From the NCBI GenBank assembly GCA_021786375.1, contig JAJYNL010000084.1:2022-66021 (forward strand): DNA of 64,000 bases, in the 5' to 3' direction. The notes below the pieces were generated by a model. That model was given only the letters and a program-made list of their open reading frames with translations, was not told the origin of the DNA and did no database searches. This DNA is from Actinomycetes bacterium (GTDB lineage: Bacteria; Actinomycetota; Acidimicrobiia; Acidimicrobiales; Acidimicrobiaceae). This document shows, one piece after another, positions 53,842 through 62,558 of this stretch. Both the position numbers and the translations under genes were made by a program. Every line of letters begins with the position of its first letter. Within the stretch, counting starts at the first letter, position 1.

Positions 53842-56800
53842 GTGCGCCCAATGAACGCTCCGATACCGGCCGGCGTTCTTGCTCTCGCCGGGGCCGGGCT
53901 GGATGATGCACTCGCGGGTGCGGCCGACGAGCTGCTCGAGGCGCTCTTCGCGCCGGTGGCTGCAGACGCCGGGTCCGACGGCCTGCTCGCACGCCTAAGT
54001 GAGGAGGAGTTAATCAGCCTGAAGCAAGGGCACAGGCGCGCCTTCTCGATGCTGCTCGATCCGCGGCGGCCCGACGACGAGCTGGAAGCGGAGGCCAGGC
54101 GTATCGGCCTTGCTCACTTCCTGGCAGGCGTGCGGGCCAGCGACATGATGCAGCTTGTCTCGGATTTCGGCGAGGTCTTCCATCGCCGCGCGCTGCAGCT
54201 CGGCCTGGATCGCGAGGATTCGGAGGCACTGATAGGTTCGCTTCGCGGGCGCCTTTCGCTTTTGCTCCGCACCAGCGTTACCGAGTTGGAGCGCCTGGAA
54301 GAGGGGGTGGCTGCGCGGATCTCGCTGCTGGCGGAGACGGTTCGCACCGCCCCTACCCGCGCCGACCTGATTCGCAGCAGCCTGGAGGTCGTCAGCGGAA
54401 TCGAGGGTGTTGTCGCGGTCGCTTTCGGCCGGATGGACGTTCATGGTGACATCGTGCTCGAGTTCTATCGCGGGGAGGGCCTTGACTTTGTTGTCCCCGC
54501 CGGTCCTCCGGGTGTTGAATCGCCGTTCCCTTGGGGCCGCGCATGGTCGACAGGGACGATCCGGGTGGTGCATTCCATTGCTGCCGACCCCCGTATGAAT
54601 GCCCTGGGATCCCTGACCGAGGAAGTGGGGGCGCGCAGCGTTGCGGCGGTGCCGGTCGCCCAAGCCGATCAAAGCACCGGTGGTGTAGTGGCCATCTTCT
54701 CCGGGACCGCCGGCTACTTCGCCGCTCCTTCGCGAAGGCGGGCACTGGACTTCTTCCAGCAGGCCATGGGCGGTGCGCTCGCGGCTTTGGAGCGGCCCGG
54801 CTCGGTGCCCTTTTCCATCTCCGCCGCCTTTCGGGCCAGGATTCGCACCGAGGCGTTGGAGATGCATTACCAGCCCATCGTGGAGCTGCGCACCGGCCGG
54901 GTCGCCAAGTTCGAAGCCCTGGCCCGGCTGCGCTCGGACGACGGCGGGCTGATCATGCCCGGCGGCTTCCTCTCCGCGCTGGGCGCCGACGATCTGGTAC
55001 ACCTTTTCGACCGAGGGCTTGGCATAGCCCTTGCCCAGATGAACGAGTGGGATGCGATGGGCCTTGACCTCTCGCTCTCCTTCAATCTTCCCGGTCAGGG
55101 CCTGCGCGACTGGCGCTACCTGGAATCCTTGCGGTGTCGGCTGGACGAGTCCGGCGTCGCACCCCATCGGCTGACCTTGGAGCTGACCGAGGAGGAGCGC
55201 CTCGGAGAGCCCGGAGGGGGCGGCGAGGAGATCTTCTGGGCGATGCGCGGCCTAGGTGTGGGATTCGCCCAGGACGACCTGGGGAGCGGCTACAGCTCGC
55301 TGCTGCGCCTGGAGAACTTCGGCTTCGAGGAGGTGAAGATAGACCAGCAGCTGGTCCGGGGGGCGGGAAGCCCTCACCACAAGCTCGGCCTCATCCAGCA
55401 CCTGACTCGTCTTGCTCACGATCTGAGGATGCGTGTCGTGGTAGAGGGGCTGGAGGACGCTTCGCTGATCGAGGCGGCCGCGGTGCTCGGTGCCGATTTC
55501 GGCCAAGGCTACGGCATCGCCGCCGCGATGTCCGGCGAGGAGGTTGGGCATTGGGTGGAGTCCTTCCACTTCGAGACCAACATACGCGCCCCACGCACCG
55601 CCCTTGGCTCGATGGCCGCTCTCAGGCGCTGGTCCGGACAGCTGAGCGAGATCGGACGCTATGCGGAGCTGACCGACATTCGGCGCCCGCTCGAGGATCT
55701 GCGGCGTTTGGTAAGCCGGATTCCGGAGCTGTCCGCAGGCGGGGGTGCAGCCGATGGCGAAGCCTTCCGGATTGGCGGGATCGAGACGGAGCAGGAGTTG
55801 TCCGGTTTGGCGGACGAACTCAGCTCGGTGCTTGCACACTTTAGCTCCCGCGACGGAGCCGCATTGCAGGCGGTTGTTGGCGCGGAGTCCGCCGGCCTGG
55901 ATTACTCCCCCTTCTCGCCAATGCAGCTGGCAGAGGTGCTCTCGCTCCAGAACGGCATATTGCGCTCGATGGCGGCGGGCCTGGACGCGGGCCCGCTGCT
56001 GGACGAGGTTTGCATGGCGGCCGAGGCGACACTGCCGAACTCGGTGGCCACGGTCATGAGCGTCGCCGACGGGAGGCTGCACCTGGTTGCGGGCCCCTCC
56101 CTCTCGGCGCGCGCGCGGGAGGCGCTCGCGGAGGTGGACGTGAGGCCCGACACCGGCTCCTGCCCTAATGCGGTGCTGGATCGAGCCCCGGTCTACGTGG
56201 CCAATATCCATGACGACCCGCGCTGGAGCGCCCTGGTGGAGACGGCGGAGGATCTCGAATTTCGCGCCTGTTGGTCGACCCCGGTCTTCGATCACGAGGG
56301 GGAGGTAATCGGCACCTTTGCCCTGACCAGCTTTGAGACAAGGAATCCAGGTGGCTTCCACCGCGACTTGCTGGAGATATGCGCCAACCTAGCCTCGGTG
56401 ATCCTGGAGCGGGAGCGGGTGGGCCACGAACTTAGCCTGCGCACTGCCCGCCTGGAGCATATGTTCGAGGGTAACGGAGCGCTGAAGTTCGTCTGCGACG
56501 CCGATACCGGGCGGATGCTCGAGGTGAACCGGGCGGCTCTGGACTTTTACGGCTACAGCCAGGAGGAGCTCGAGAGGCTCACCGTCTTCGATCTGAATGT
56601 GGACCTTGACCCTGCCGGGCTGGCCCAGATAGCCGCGAAAGCCAGTGCGTCGGGGGGCTATCGCGCCCGGGTGCGCCACCGGCGCTCGGACGGAACACTT
56701 CGCCATATGGACCTGTACACCCATGTGTACAGTGAAGAGGGGCGCCATCTCTTCCTCTCCATCGTCCACGACGCAACCGACCAGGCGCAGGCTGAGCAGG

Positions 56801-58470
56801 ACCTCAAGCATGAGAGGCTGATCAGCGAGTCGATCCTCAACTCGCTTCCCGGCTTCGTCGTGGTGGCGGACCGGGAAGGACGGATTGTCCGTTTCAACAG
56901 GCGGGCCCAGGAGGTAACCGGCCTGAGCTTCGAGGAGGCCAGCGCCGAGCGAGAGAGCTGGAGGCGCTGGACCGACCCGGCGGATGCCAAGCTGATACGC
57001 GGATCATTCCGCCGCGTTCTCGAAGGTGGCTCCGTCCAGCCGCACGACTACTGGCACACCGCCTCTTCCGGCGAGCGCCGGCTGCTGCGCATTACCTACG
57101 CTCCCGTCCGCTTCGAGGAGGGCCAGGTCGAGCTGGTGGCGATGCTGGGGGCCGACATAACCACGGAGTACCTTGCCGGCCAGGCCATCCGCTGGGAGCG
57201 CGACTTCTCCGCCAACATCATGGACGCCCTGCCCCAGCCGATCATCGTGCTGGACTACAACTTGCGCCAGCTGCGCGCCAACCACGCGATGGAGCAACTG
57301 GTGGGCCGTCTCTTCGAAGGGCGCTTCCAGAGGCCGGAGCTGGAGGCGGTGTTCACCCCGGAGGTTTATTCCCGGCTGAAGCAGTGGCTGTTGGAGATGC
57401 GCGATGGCGGCCGCCAGAACGCCTTCATCGCGCCCGTGCACGTACCCGATGGCGAGAGCCGGGTCTACGAGTGGAGATGCGTCGCCGTTCCCGCGCGGGG
57501 AAGTGTCGATGCCAGCATGGTGGTGATAGGCAATGACATCACCGCCCGCTTGCGTGAGTCGCGGGAGCTGGCTCAGGCCGCGGTCTTCTTCGAGGTCTCC
57601 CTCGAAGCCGTTGCGGTGACCGACTTCGACGGCCGCGTCGTGCGTGCCAACCCGGCCTTCCACCGCATAACCGGGTTCGGGGCGGAAGAGTCCGCGGGGA
57701 TGGAGACCATCAACAGGGCCAGGGACCTCAACCCTGCGGAGCTTTTCGAGGAGATCAGCGAGGCTCTCCAATCCCGGGGGAGCTGGAGTGGAACCATGTG
57801 GAACCGGCGGAAGAGCGGAGAGGCCTTCCCGGCGCTCATGCACCTCAGCGCCTTCCGCGCGGGGGAGTCGGGCGAGATCCAGGTCATGGCAGTCTTCTCC
57901 GATATAAGTGCAATGGTCGACTACCAGCAGGAGCTGCTGGAGCTGGCCTACCACGACCAGCTGACCAAGCTGCCCAATCGGGCACAGCTCACCACGCGGC
58001 TCGAGGGAGCCCTTGGACGCCGGCGCGATGACGATGACTATCTTGGCCTGGTCTACCTGGACATCGATGATTTCAAGGCGATAAACGACACCTACGGGCA
58101 CGCCGGGGGCGACCGGCTGCTGGTGGGTGTGGCCGAGGCGCTCTCCGGCGTGCTCCGCCGCAGCGACTGCGTGGCGCGCATCGGGGGTGACGAGTTCGTT
58201 TGCCTGGTCGACTCGATACGGGACGAGACGGACGCCCGCGCCACGCTGGAGAGATTGGCCGCGGCGGTGGAGCGCCCGGTGGCGGCGGGCGAGGACGGGA
58301 GCCTCTGCTCGGTGACCGCCTCGCTGGGCATGGTTCTATGCCGCAAGGGAGGAGTCGATCCCGACGCCCTGCTCAGGCAAGCTGATCATTTGATGTACGA
58401 GGTCAAGCGCGCGGGTGGCGATGACTTCGTCATCGAGGAGGCCGTGGGACCGCCGCGCCCGGAGCGGTGA
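53842..58470 (+). CDS. 1542-aa cytoplasmic c-di-GMP signalling protein: N-terminal helical domain, GAF, EAL, linker, GAF, four PAS, GGDEF
   Basis: EAL motifs (nt ~54844-55566) are YQPIVEL, FEALARL, LSFNLP, LELTEEE, QDDLGSGYSS, VKIDQQLV, VVVEGLED and GQGYG. The GGDEF domain (nt ~57943-58446) has LDIDDFKAINDTYGH and RRSD-CVARI-GGDEF. GAF-like segments lie at ~54364-54786 and ~55984-56421. PAS-like repeats cover ~56443-57927. I saw no TM helix. The start is GTG 53842 or ATG 53851. Confidence 0.9.
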   Translation: MRPMNAPIPAGVLALAGAGLDDALAGAADELLEALFAPVAADAGSDGLLARLSEEELISLKQGHRRAFSMLLDPRRPDDELEAEARRIGLAHFLAGVRASDMMQLVSDFGEVFHRRALQLGLDREDSEALIGSLRGRLSLLLRTSVTELERLEEGVAARISLLAETVRTAPTRADLIRSSLEVVSGIEGVVAVAFGRMDVHGDIVLEFYRGEGLDFVVPAGPPGVESPFPWGRAWSTGTIRVVHSIAADPRMNALGSLTEEVGARSVAAVPVAQADQSTGGVVAIFSGTAGYFAAPSRRRALDFFQQAMGGALAALERPGSVPFSISAAFRARIRTEALEMHYQPIVELRTGRVAKFEALARLRSDDGGLIMPGGFLSALGADDLVHLFDRGLGIALAQMNEWDAMGLDLSLSFNLPGQGLRDWRYLESLRCRLDESGVAPHRLTLELTEEERLGEPGGGGEEIFWAMRGLGVGFAQDDLGSGYSSLLRLENFGFEEVKIDQQLVRGAGSPHHKLGLIQHLTRLAHDLRMRVVVEGLEDASLIEAAAVLGADFGQGYGIAAAMSGEEVGHWVESFHFETNIRAPRTALGSMAALRRWSGQLSEIGRYAELTDIRRPLEDLRRLVSRIPELSAGGGAADGEAFRIGGIETEQELSGLADELSSVLAHFSSRDGAALQAVVGAESAGLDYSPFSPMQLAEVLSLQNGILRSMAAGLDAGPLLDEVCMAAEATLPNSVATVMSVADGRLHLVAGPSLSARAREALAEVDVRPDTGSCPNAVLDRAPVYVANIHDDPRWSALVETAEDLEFRACWSTPVFDHEGEVIGTFALTSFETRNPGGFHRDLLEICANLASVILERERVGHELSLRTARLEHMFEGNGALKFVCDADTGRMLEVNRAALDFYGYSQEELERLTVFDLNVDLDPAGLAQIAAKASASGGYRARVRHRRSDGTLRHMDLYTHVYSEEGRHLFLSIVHDATDQAQAEQDLKHERLISESILNSLPGFVVVADREGRIVRFNRRAQEVTGLSFEEASAERESWRRWTDPADAKLIRGSFRRVLEGGSVQPHDYWHTASSGERRLLRITYAPVRFEEGQVELVAMLGADITTEYLAGQAIRWERDFSANIMDALPQPIIVLDYNLRQLRANHAMEQLVGRLFEGRFQRPELEAVFTPEVYSRLKQWLLEMRDGGRQNAFIAPVHVPDGESRVYEWRCVAVPARGSVDASMVVIGNDITARLRESRELAQAAVFFEVSLEAVAVTDFDGRVVRANPAFHRITGFGAEESAGMETINRARDLNPAELFEEISEALQSRGSWSGTMWNRRKSGEAFPALMHLSAFRAGESGEIQVMAVFSDISAMVDYQQELLELAYHDQLTKLPNRAQLTTRLEGALGRRRDDDDYLGLVYLDIDDFKAINDTYGHAGGDRLLVGVAEALSGVLRRSDCVARIGGDEFVCLVDSIRDETDARATLERLAAAVERPVAAGEDGSLCSVTASLGMVLCRKGGVDPDALLRQADHLMYEVKRAGGDDFVIEEAVGPPRPER

Positions 58471-58714
58471 GGATGGGACATTCCACTCCGGGCGTCGCGG
58501 CGGTAAGGGCGATCCGGCGGCGGGGTAGTACCGCCGATGGCCGGCTGCGGTCGGGGTATTTACCGGCCTCGCTCCTCGTGGAGCTATTCTTCCGCCGCTA
58601 GTTGAAGCCAAGGGGAAGCCCGGGTTAACTTCCGGCGAATTCACTCGGAATCTTTGCCTCCTGCCGAGGGCGGCCGGGTGAAGCTGCTTGCCTGCCGAGG
58701 CTAAGCTTGCGCGC

Positions 58715-59560
58715 ATGACCATGGTCAAGGAGTTCTACAAGCTGGAGGGATTGGGAAACGACTTCCTGGTCGCCTTCTGCCCCGAGCTCTTCGAGCCGGA
58801 TCCCGCCGCCGTGGTCCGCCTGCTCGATCGCAGGCTGGGGCTGGGAGCGGACGGTCTGATTCTTGCCGTGCGCTCTGGCGCGGCTTCACTGGCCATGGTG
58901 CTCTACAACTCCGACGGAACCCGTGCGGAGATGAGCGGAAACGGCATCCGCTGCCTGGGGCATGCCGCATACGCCGCCGATCTGGTGCCGATCGGTCCGC
59001 TCGAAGTCGCCACCGACGCGGGGCCGCGACGCCTGAGCGCCAAGGGGGGAGACCCATCGGGTGGGATGATGATCGAGGCGGAGATGGGCAAGGTTGCCTA
59101 CGTGAGCCCTCCCTTTGCTCGCAGCGCCGCCTTCGGCGGGCGCAAGTGGCGGGGGACCGAGCTGGAGGTCGGGAACCCCCACCTGGTCTTCCTCCCCGAG
59201 GAGGGAGACCCGGCGACCCCCGACCTCTCCGAGCTGGACGTCGCGACTCTGGGGCCCGATATCGAGGCGGGCTATCCGGCGGGCACCAACGTGGAGTGGG
59301 TGGAGCTCGACTCTCCCGCGCTGGCACGGCTCAGGGTTTGGGAGAGGGGCGCCGGAGTCACCCTTGCCTGCGGGACCGGCTCGACGGCGACCGCCTTCCT
59401 GCTTCTCGACCAGGGTATGGCCCAAGGAGAGGTGGAGGTGCGCAACCCGGGCGGAACCCTATGGGCCAGGCTCGGTGAAGCAGGGGAGATGTACCTGCGT
59501 GGTCCCAGTACGCTCATTGCCAGTGTGATGGTGGCGGCCTCCTTCGGACTGGCGCCTTGA
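58715..59560 (+). CDS. dapF: diaminopimelate epimerase
   Basis: FYKLEGLGNDFLV is present. The two catalytic Cys motifs are MSGNGIRCLG and LACGTGSTA. Confidence 0.93.
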   Translation: MTMVKEFYKLEGLGNDFLVAFCPELFEPDPAAVVRLLDRRLGLGADGLILAVRSGAASLAMVLYNSDGTRAEMSGNGIRCLGHAAYAADLVPIGPLEVATDAGPRRLSAKGGDPSGGMMIEAEMGKVAYVSPPFARSAAFGGRKWRGTELEVGNPHLVFLPEEGDPATPDLSELDVATLGPDIEAGYPAGTNVEWVELDSPALARLRVWERGAGVTLACGTGSTATAFLLLDQGMAQGEVEVRNPGGTLWARLGEAGEMYLRGPSTLIASVMVAASFGLAP

Positions 59561-59579
59561 TGGCCGAAGCGCTGCTCCC

Positions 59580-60869
59580 ATGACGCTCATCGAGCGGAGC
59601 TTTCGCGAGAGGATAGTGATCGTAGGCGTCACCCTGTCCGGCCACGATCCGGAGGAGACCGACGAATCCCTGGTGGAGCTGGCGCTCCTGGTGGATACGG
59701 CCGGAGCAGACGTGGTAGGTCGACTGACCCAGCGCCTGAGCACCCCCGATCCCGCCTACTTCATCGGACGCGGCAAGGTGGAGGAGCTGCGCGAGCTGTC
59801 CTATGCCACCGACTGCGACACGGTCATCTTTGACGACGAGCTTTCACCCGCCCAGCAGCGCAACCTGGAGAAGGTTCTTGGCCGCACCGCCATCGACCGC
59901 ACCGCGCTGATCCTGGACATCTTCGCCCAGAACGCAAAGTCGGTGGAGGGCAAGGCACAGGTGGAGCTTGCTCTCCTCAACTACCGCCTGCCCCGCCTGC
60001 GCGGGCGCGGTACTCAGCTCTCACAGCAGGTTGGGCGAATCGGCACCAGGGGGCCTGGTGAGACCAAGCTGGAGGAGGACCGGCGCCGGATCCAGTCCCG
60101 CATAGCCAGGCTGAAGCGGCAGCTGGGCGAATTCCAGAAGACCCGTCAGGTGCAGTCCAAGGCGCGAGGGGCGAGCCGGGTCCACAACGCCTCCCTCATC
60201 GGCTATACAAACGCCGGGAAGTCCTCCCTTCTCAACGCACTCACGCGTGCCGATACCCTGGTGGAGAACCGTCTCTTTGCCACACTGGACACCCGGACCC
60301 GGCGCATGCAGCTTCCCGGAGGGGAGGCCTTCCTGCTCTCGGACACGGTCGGCTTCATCCGTAAGCTTCCCCATCAGCTGGTGGAGGCGTTCCGCTCCAC
60401 CCTGGAGGCGGTGGCCGAGTCGGACTTCCTCATCCACGTGGTGGATGGCTCCTACCACGAGCCACAGGCCCAGGTGAGCGCGGTGCGCGAGGTGCTGGGG
60501 GAGATCGGCGCCGAGGAGCTCCCGGAGCTCTTGGTGGTCAACAAGTGCGACCTGGTCGGGAAACTTGACGGCCTACGGAGAGAATTCCCCGATGCGGTCT
60601 TCGTCTCGGCGCTCACCGGCTCGGGAATGGTGGAGTTGCGGGAGAGGATCGCCCATATGGTTCGGGCGACGGCCCGCATATACGACCTGGTCGTGCCTGT
60701 CTCGCGCGGCGACGTGCTGGCCAGGCTGCATGCCGAGGGCCAGATCCTGCAGTCGACCCTCAAAGGTGAGAGTTACCTGATCACCGCCCGCCTCGAGCCC
60801 GCGTCGCTGGCGCTGTTCGGCGAGTTCCTGCCCGAGGGCACCATGGACGGAGACGCTGCTCAGCAGTAA
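59580..60869 (+). CDS. hflX: GTPase HflX
   Basis: The HflX N-domain is ELSPAQQRNLEKVLG...DRTALILDIFAQNA. G1 is GYTNAGKSSLLNAL, G3 is DTVGF and G4 is NKCD. Confidence 0.95.
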   Translation: MTLIERSFRERIVIVGVTLSGHDPEETDESLVELALLVDTAGADVVGRLTQRLSTPDPAYFIGRGKVEELRELSYATDCDTVIFDDELSPAQQRNLEKVLGRTAIDRTALILDIFAQNAKSVEGKAQVELALLNYRLPRLRGRGTQLSQQVGRIGTRGPGETKLEEDRRRIQSRIARLKRQLGEFQKTRQVQSKARGASRVHNASLIGYTNAGKSSLLNALTRADTLVENRLFATLDTRTRRMQLPGGEAFLLSDTVGFIRKLPHQLVEAFRSTLEAVAESDFLIHVVDGSYHEPQAQVSAVREVLGEIGAEELPELLVVNKCDLVGKLDGLRREFPDAVFVSALTGSGMVELRERIAHMVRATARIYDLVVPVSRGDVLARLHAEGQILQSTLKGESYLITARLEPASLALFGEFLPEGTMDGDAAQQ

Positions 60870-61288
60870 CCTTCCAACTGGTCAAGGTAGCGCTCCAGGT
60901 GGTACACCATTGCGTCCTTCCTTGCGTCGGGACGGACGGTGACCTCCAGCCCAGGTCCGTCCGGGCTCCAGGCGACCACGGCGGCGTTCAGCTCACCCAG
61001 GAGATTGCGTAGCGACGCGGCGCTGCGCGGGTCGGCATCCGGCAAGTACTGGTCGATAGAGGCGTAGGCGAGTAGCAGGTCGCCTCTCACCTTGGCGGGT
61101 GCACGGACGGTATCCCTGAGCGCGGCGTCGAGGTAGCGCGAAGTGCTGGTCAGGGTGGGGCACTCGAAGCCGAGGATGTAGGTGGTCCCGTTCATCCAGA
61201 CTCCGCGATCCCCGACGACCAGCCGCTGGCATCCCGGGGCGGCAAGACCCGCCACCAGCATTAGTCCGATGGCAAGGGCGCGCCGCAT
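60860..61288 (-). CDS. hypothetical secreted protein / putative lipoprotein
   Basis: The signal-like N-terminus MRRALAIGLMLVAGLAAPGC carries an imperfect lipobox. I recognise no family. The 3' end overlaps the hflX 3' end by 10 nt, convergently. Confidence 0.55.
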   Translation of the reverse strand: MRRALAIGLMLVAGLAAPGCQRLVVGDRGVWMNGTTYILGFECPTLTSTSRYLDAALRDTVRAPAKVRGDLLLAYASIDQYLPDADPRSAASLRNLLGELNAAVVAWSPDGPGLEVTVRPDARKDAMVYHLERYLDQLEGYC

Positions 61289-61343
61289 GGGGGGAATCTA
61301 TTTGGGGCCGGAGCGGAGGACTAGGGTCCATTGGCCGTCGTGA

Positions 61344-61372
61344 AACTGGCAAACGGCACCTGTTTGCCAGTT
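61344..61372 (+). promoter_or_regulatory. 11-bp perfect hairpin AACTGGCAAAC-ggcacct-GTTTGCCAGTT in the lipoprotein/dapC divergent spacer
   Basis: Read directly. It is flanked by a second long-range complementarity between ACTAGGGTCC (61320-61329) and GGACCCTAGT (61412-61421), which abuts the dapC ATG. Confidence 0.3.
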
Positions 61373-61421
61373 CCGTAGCGGATGCACCCTCCCCCCGGGC
61401 CCGGCCGGCGAGGACCCTAGT

Positions 61422-62537
61422 ATGACCCGTATGAGCGCAGGATTTCAGCCGCCCCCCTATCCGCAGGACCGCCTTGCGGAGATCCGCCGTATCCCCGCCA
61501 AGGCCGGACGCGAGCTCGTCGACCTCTCGATCGGCACCCCGGTGGATCCGGTACCCGCCTTGGCGATGGAGCTCGCCGCCAGCCTGTCCCTTGCCCGGGG
61601 CTACCCCAGCTCGCCCGGATCGGTCGAGCTCCGCCAGGCCGCCTCCGACTGGATGTCCAGGCGCTTCGGAGTGGATCTACCTGCCGAGCAGGTGGCGGCG
61701 ACGGTGGGAAGCAAGGAGTTCGTGGCGGGCCTCCCCGGCTATCTTCGGCTGCGCGATCCATCGCGCGATGTGGTCCTCTATCCGGCGATCTCCTATCCCA
61801 CCTACGCGATGGGCGCGACGCTCGCAGGTTGCCGGGCGATAGCCGTGGAGACCGGCCCGGACGGGGAGTTGGAGCTGGACTCGGTCGATGCGGCCCTGCT
61901 CGACCGGGCGCTGTGCTGCTGGGTGAACACCCCGGCCAACCCGACCGGGCGCGTTTCGGGATATGAAAAGGTTGTGCGTTCTGCGCGCGAGCACGGCTTC
62001 GTGGTGGCGGCGGACGAGTGTTACGTTGAGTTCGTCTGGGACCGGCCCGCCCGCACCGTGCTGGAGCACGGCACCGAGGGGCTGCTGGCCGTTCACTCCC
62101 TCTCCAAGCGCTCCAACTTCGCCGGTGGGCGTGTCGGCTTCTACGCCGGGGACGGCGAGCTGGTCAGGTACCTCTCGGAGGTGCGGAAACACGCAGGGCT
62201 GATGATCCCCGGCCCGATGCAGGCCATCGGTGCCGCCCTGCTGGGCGACCAGGAGCATGTGGAGCTGCAGCGCCGGCGATACCGCGAGCGCCTGGAGATC
62301 CTGATGGAGATCGCCGGCTCCCTTTCGCTTCCGGCCCGGATGCCAGAGGGTGGCTTCTACCTCTGGGTATGTGATGCGGGCCGCGATGGCTTCGAGCTGG
62401 CCGCCCTGGTCGCGGAGGCAACCGGGATCGTGGGGAGTCCGGGCGAGTTCTACGGGACCGGCGCACGCAACTGCCTGCGCATTGCGGCGGTGTCCCCGAC
62501 GGAGAAGCTCAGGGCTATCGCCGCTAGCTTGAAGTGA
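61422..62537 (+). CDS. dapC: succinyldiaminopimelate transaminase (class I aminotransferase)
   Basis: PPYPQDRLAEI...DLSIGTPVDPVP and HSLSKRSNFAGGRVGFYAGD (the PLP-lysine region) resemble actinobacterial DapC. The gene is adjacent to dapD and dapE. Confidence 0.78.
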   Translation: MTRMSAGFQPPPYPQDRLAEIRRIPAKAGRELVDLSIGTPVDPVPALAMELAASLSLARGYPSSPGSVELRQAASDWMSRRFGVDLPAEQVAATVGSKEFVAGLPGYLRLRDPSRDVVLYPAISYPTYAMGATLAGCRAIAVETGPDGELELDSVDAALLDRALCCWVNTPANPTGRVSGYEKVVRSAREHGFVVAADECYVEFVWDRPARTVLEHGTEGLLAVHSLSKRSNFAGGRVGFYAGDGELVRYLSEVRKHAGLMIPGPMQAIGAALLGDQEHVELQRRRYRERLEILMEIAGSLSLPARMPEGGFYLWVCDAGRDGFELAALVAEATGIVGSPGEFYGTGARNCLRIAAVSPTEKLRAIAASLK

Positions 62538-62558
62538 CTCGAATTAGGCGGAGGAGCG

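Noticed and set aside
54010-58101. Three ~370-aa minus-strand ORFs opposite the c-di-GMP gene
   Set aside because: They lie antisense to a frame with dense EAL/PAS/GGDEF motifs, and I see no motifs of their own.
58471-58714. 245-nt spacer upstream of dapF considered as a tRNA, small RNA or lysine riboswitch
   Set aside because: I found no T-loop (GTTCGAATC-like) or cloverleaf and no L-box-like motifs. Only short direct repeats are present, and these are reported as a low-interest observation.
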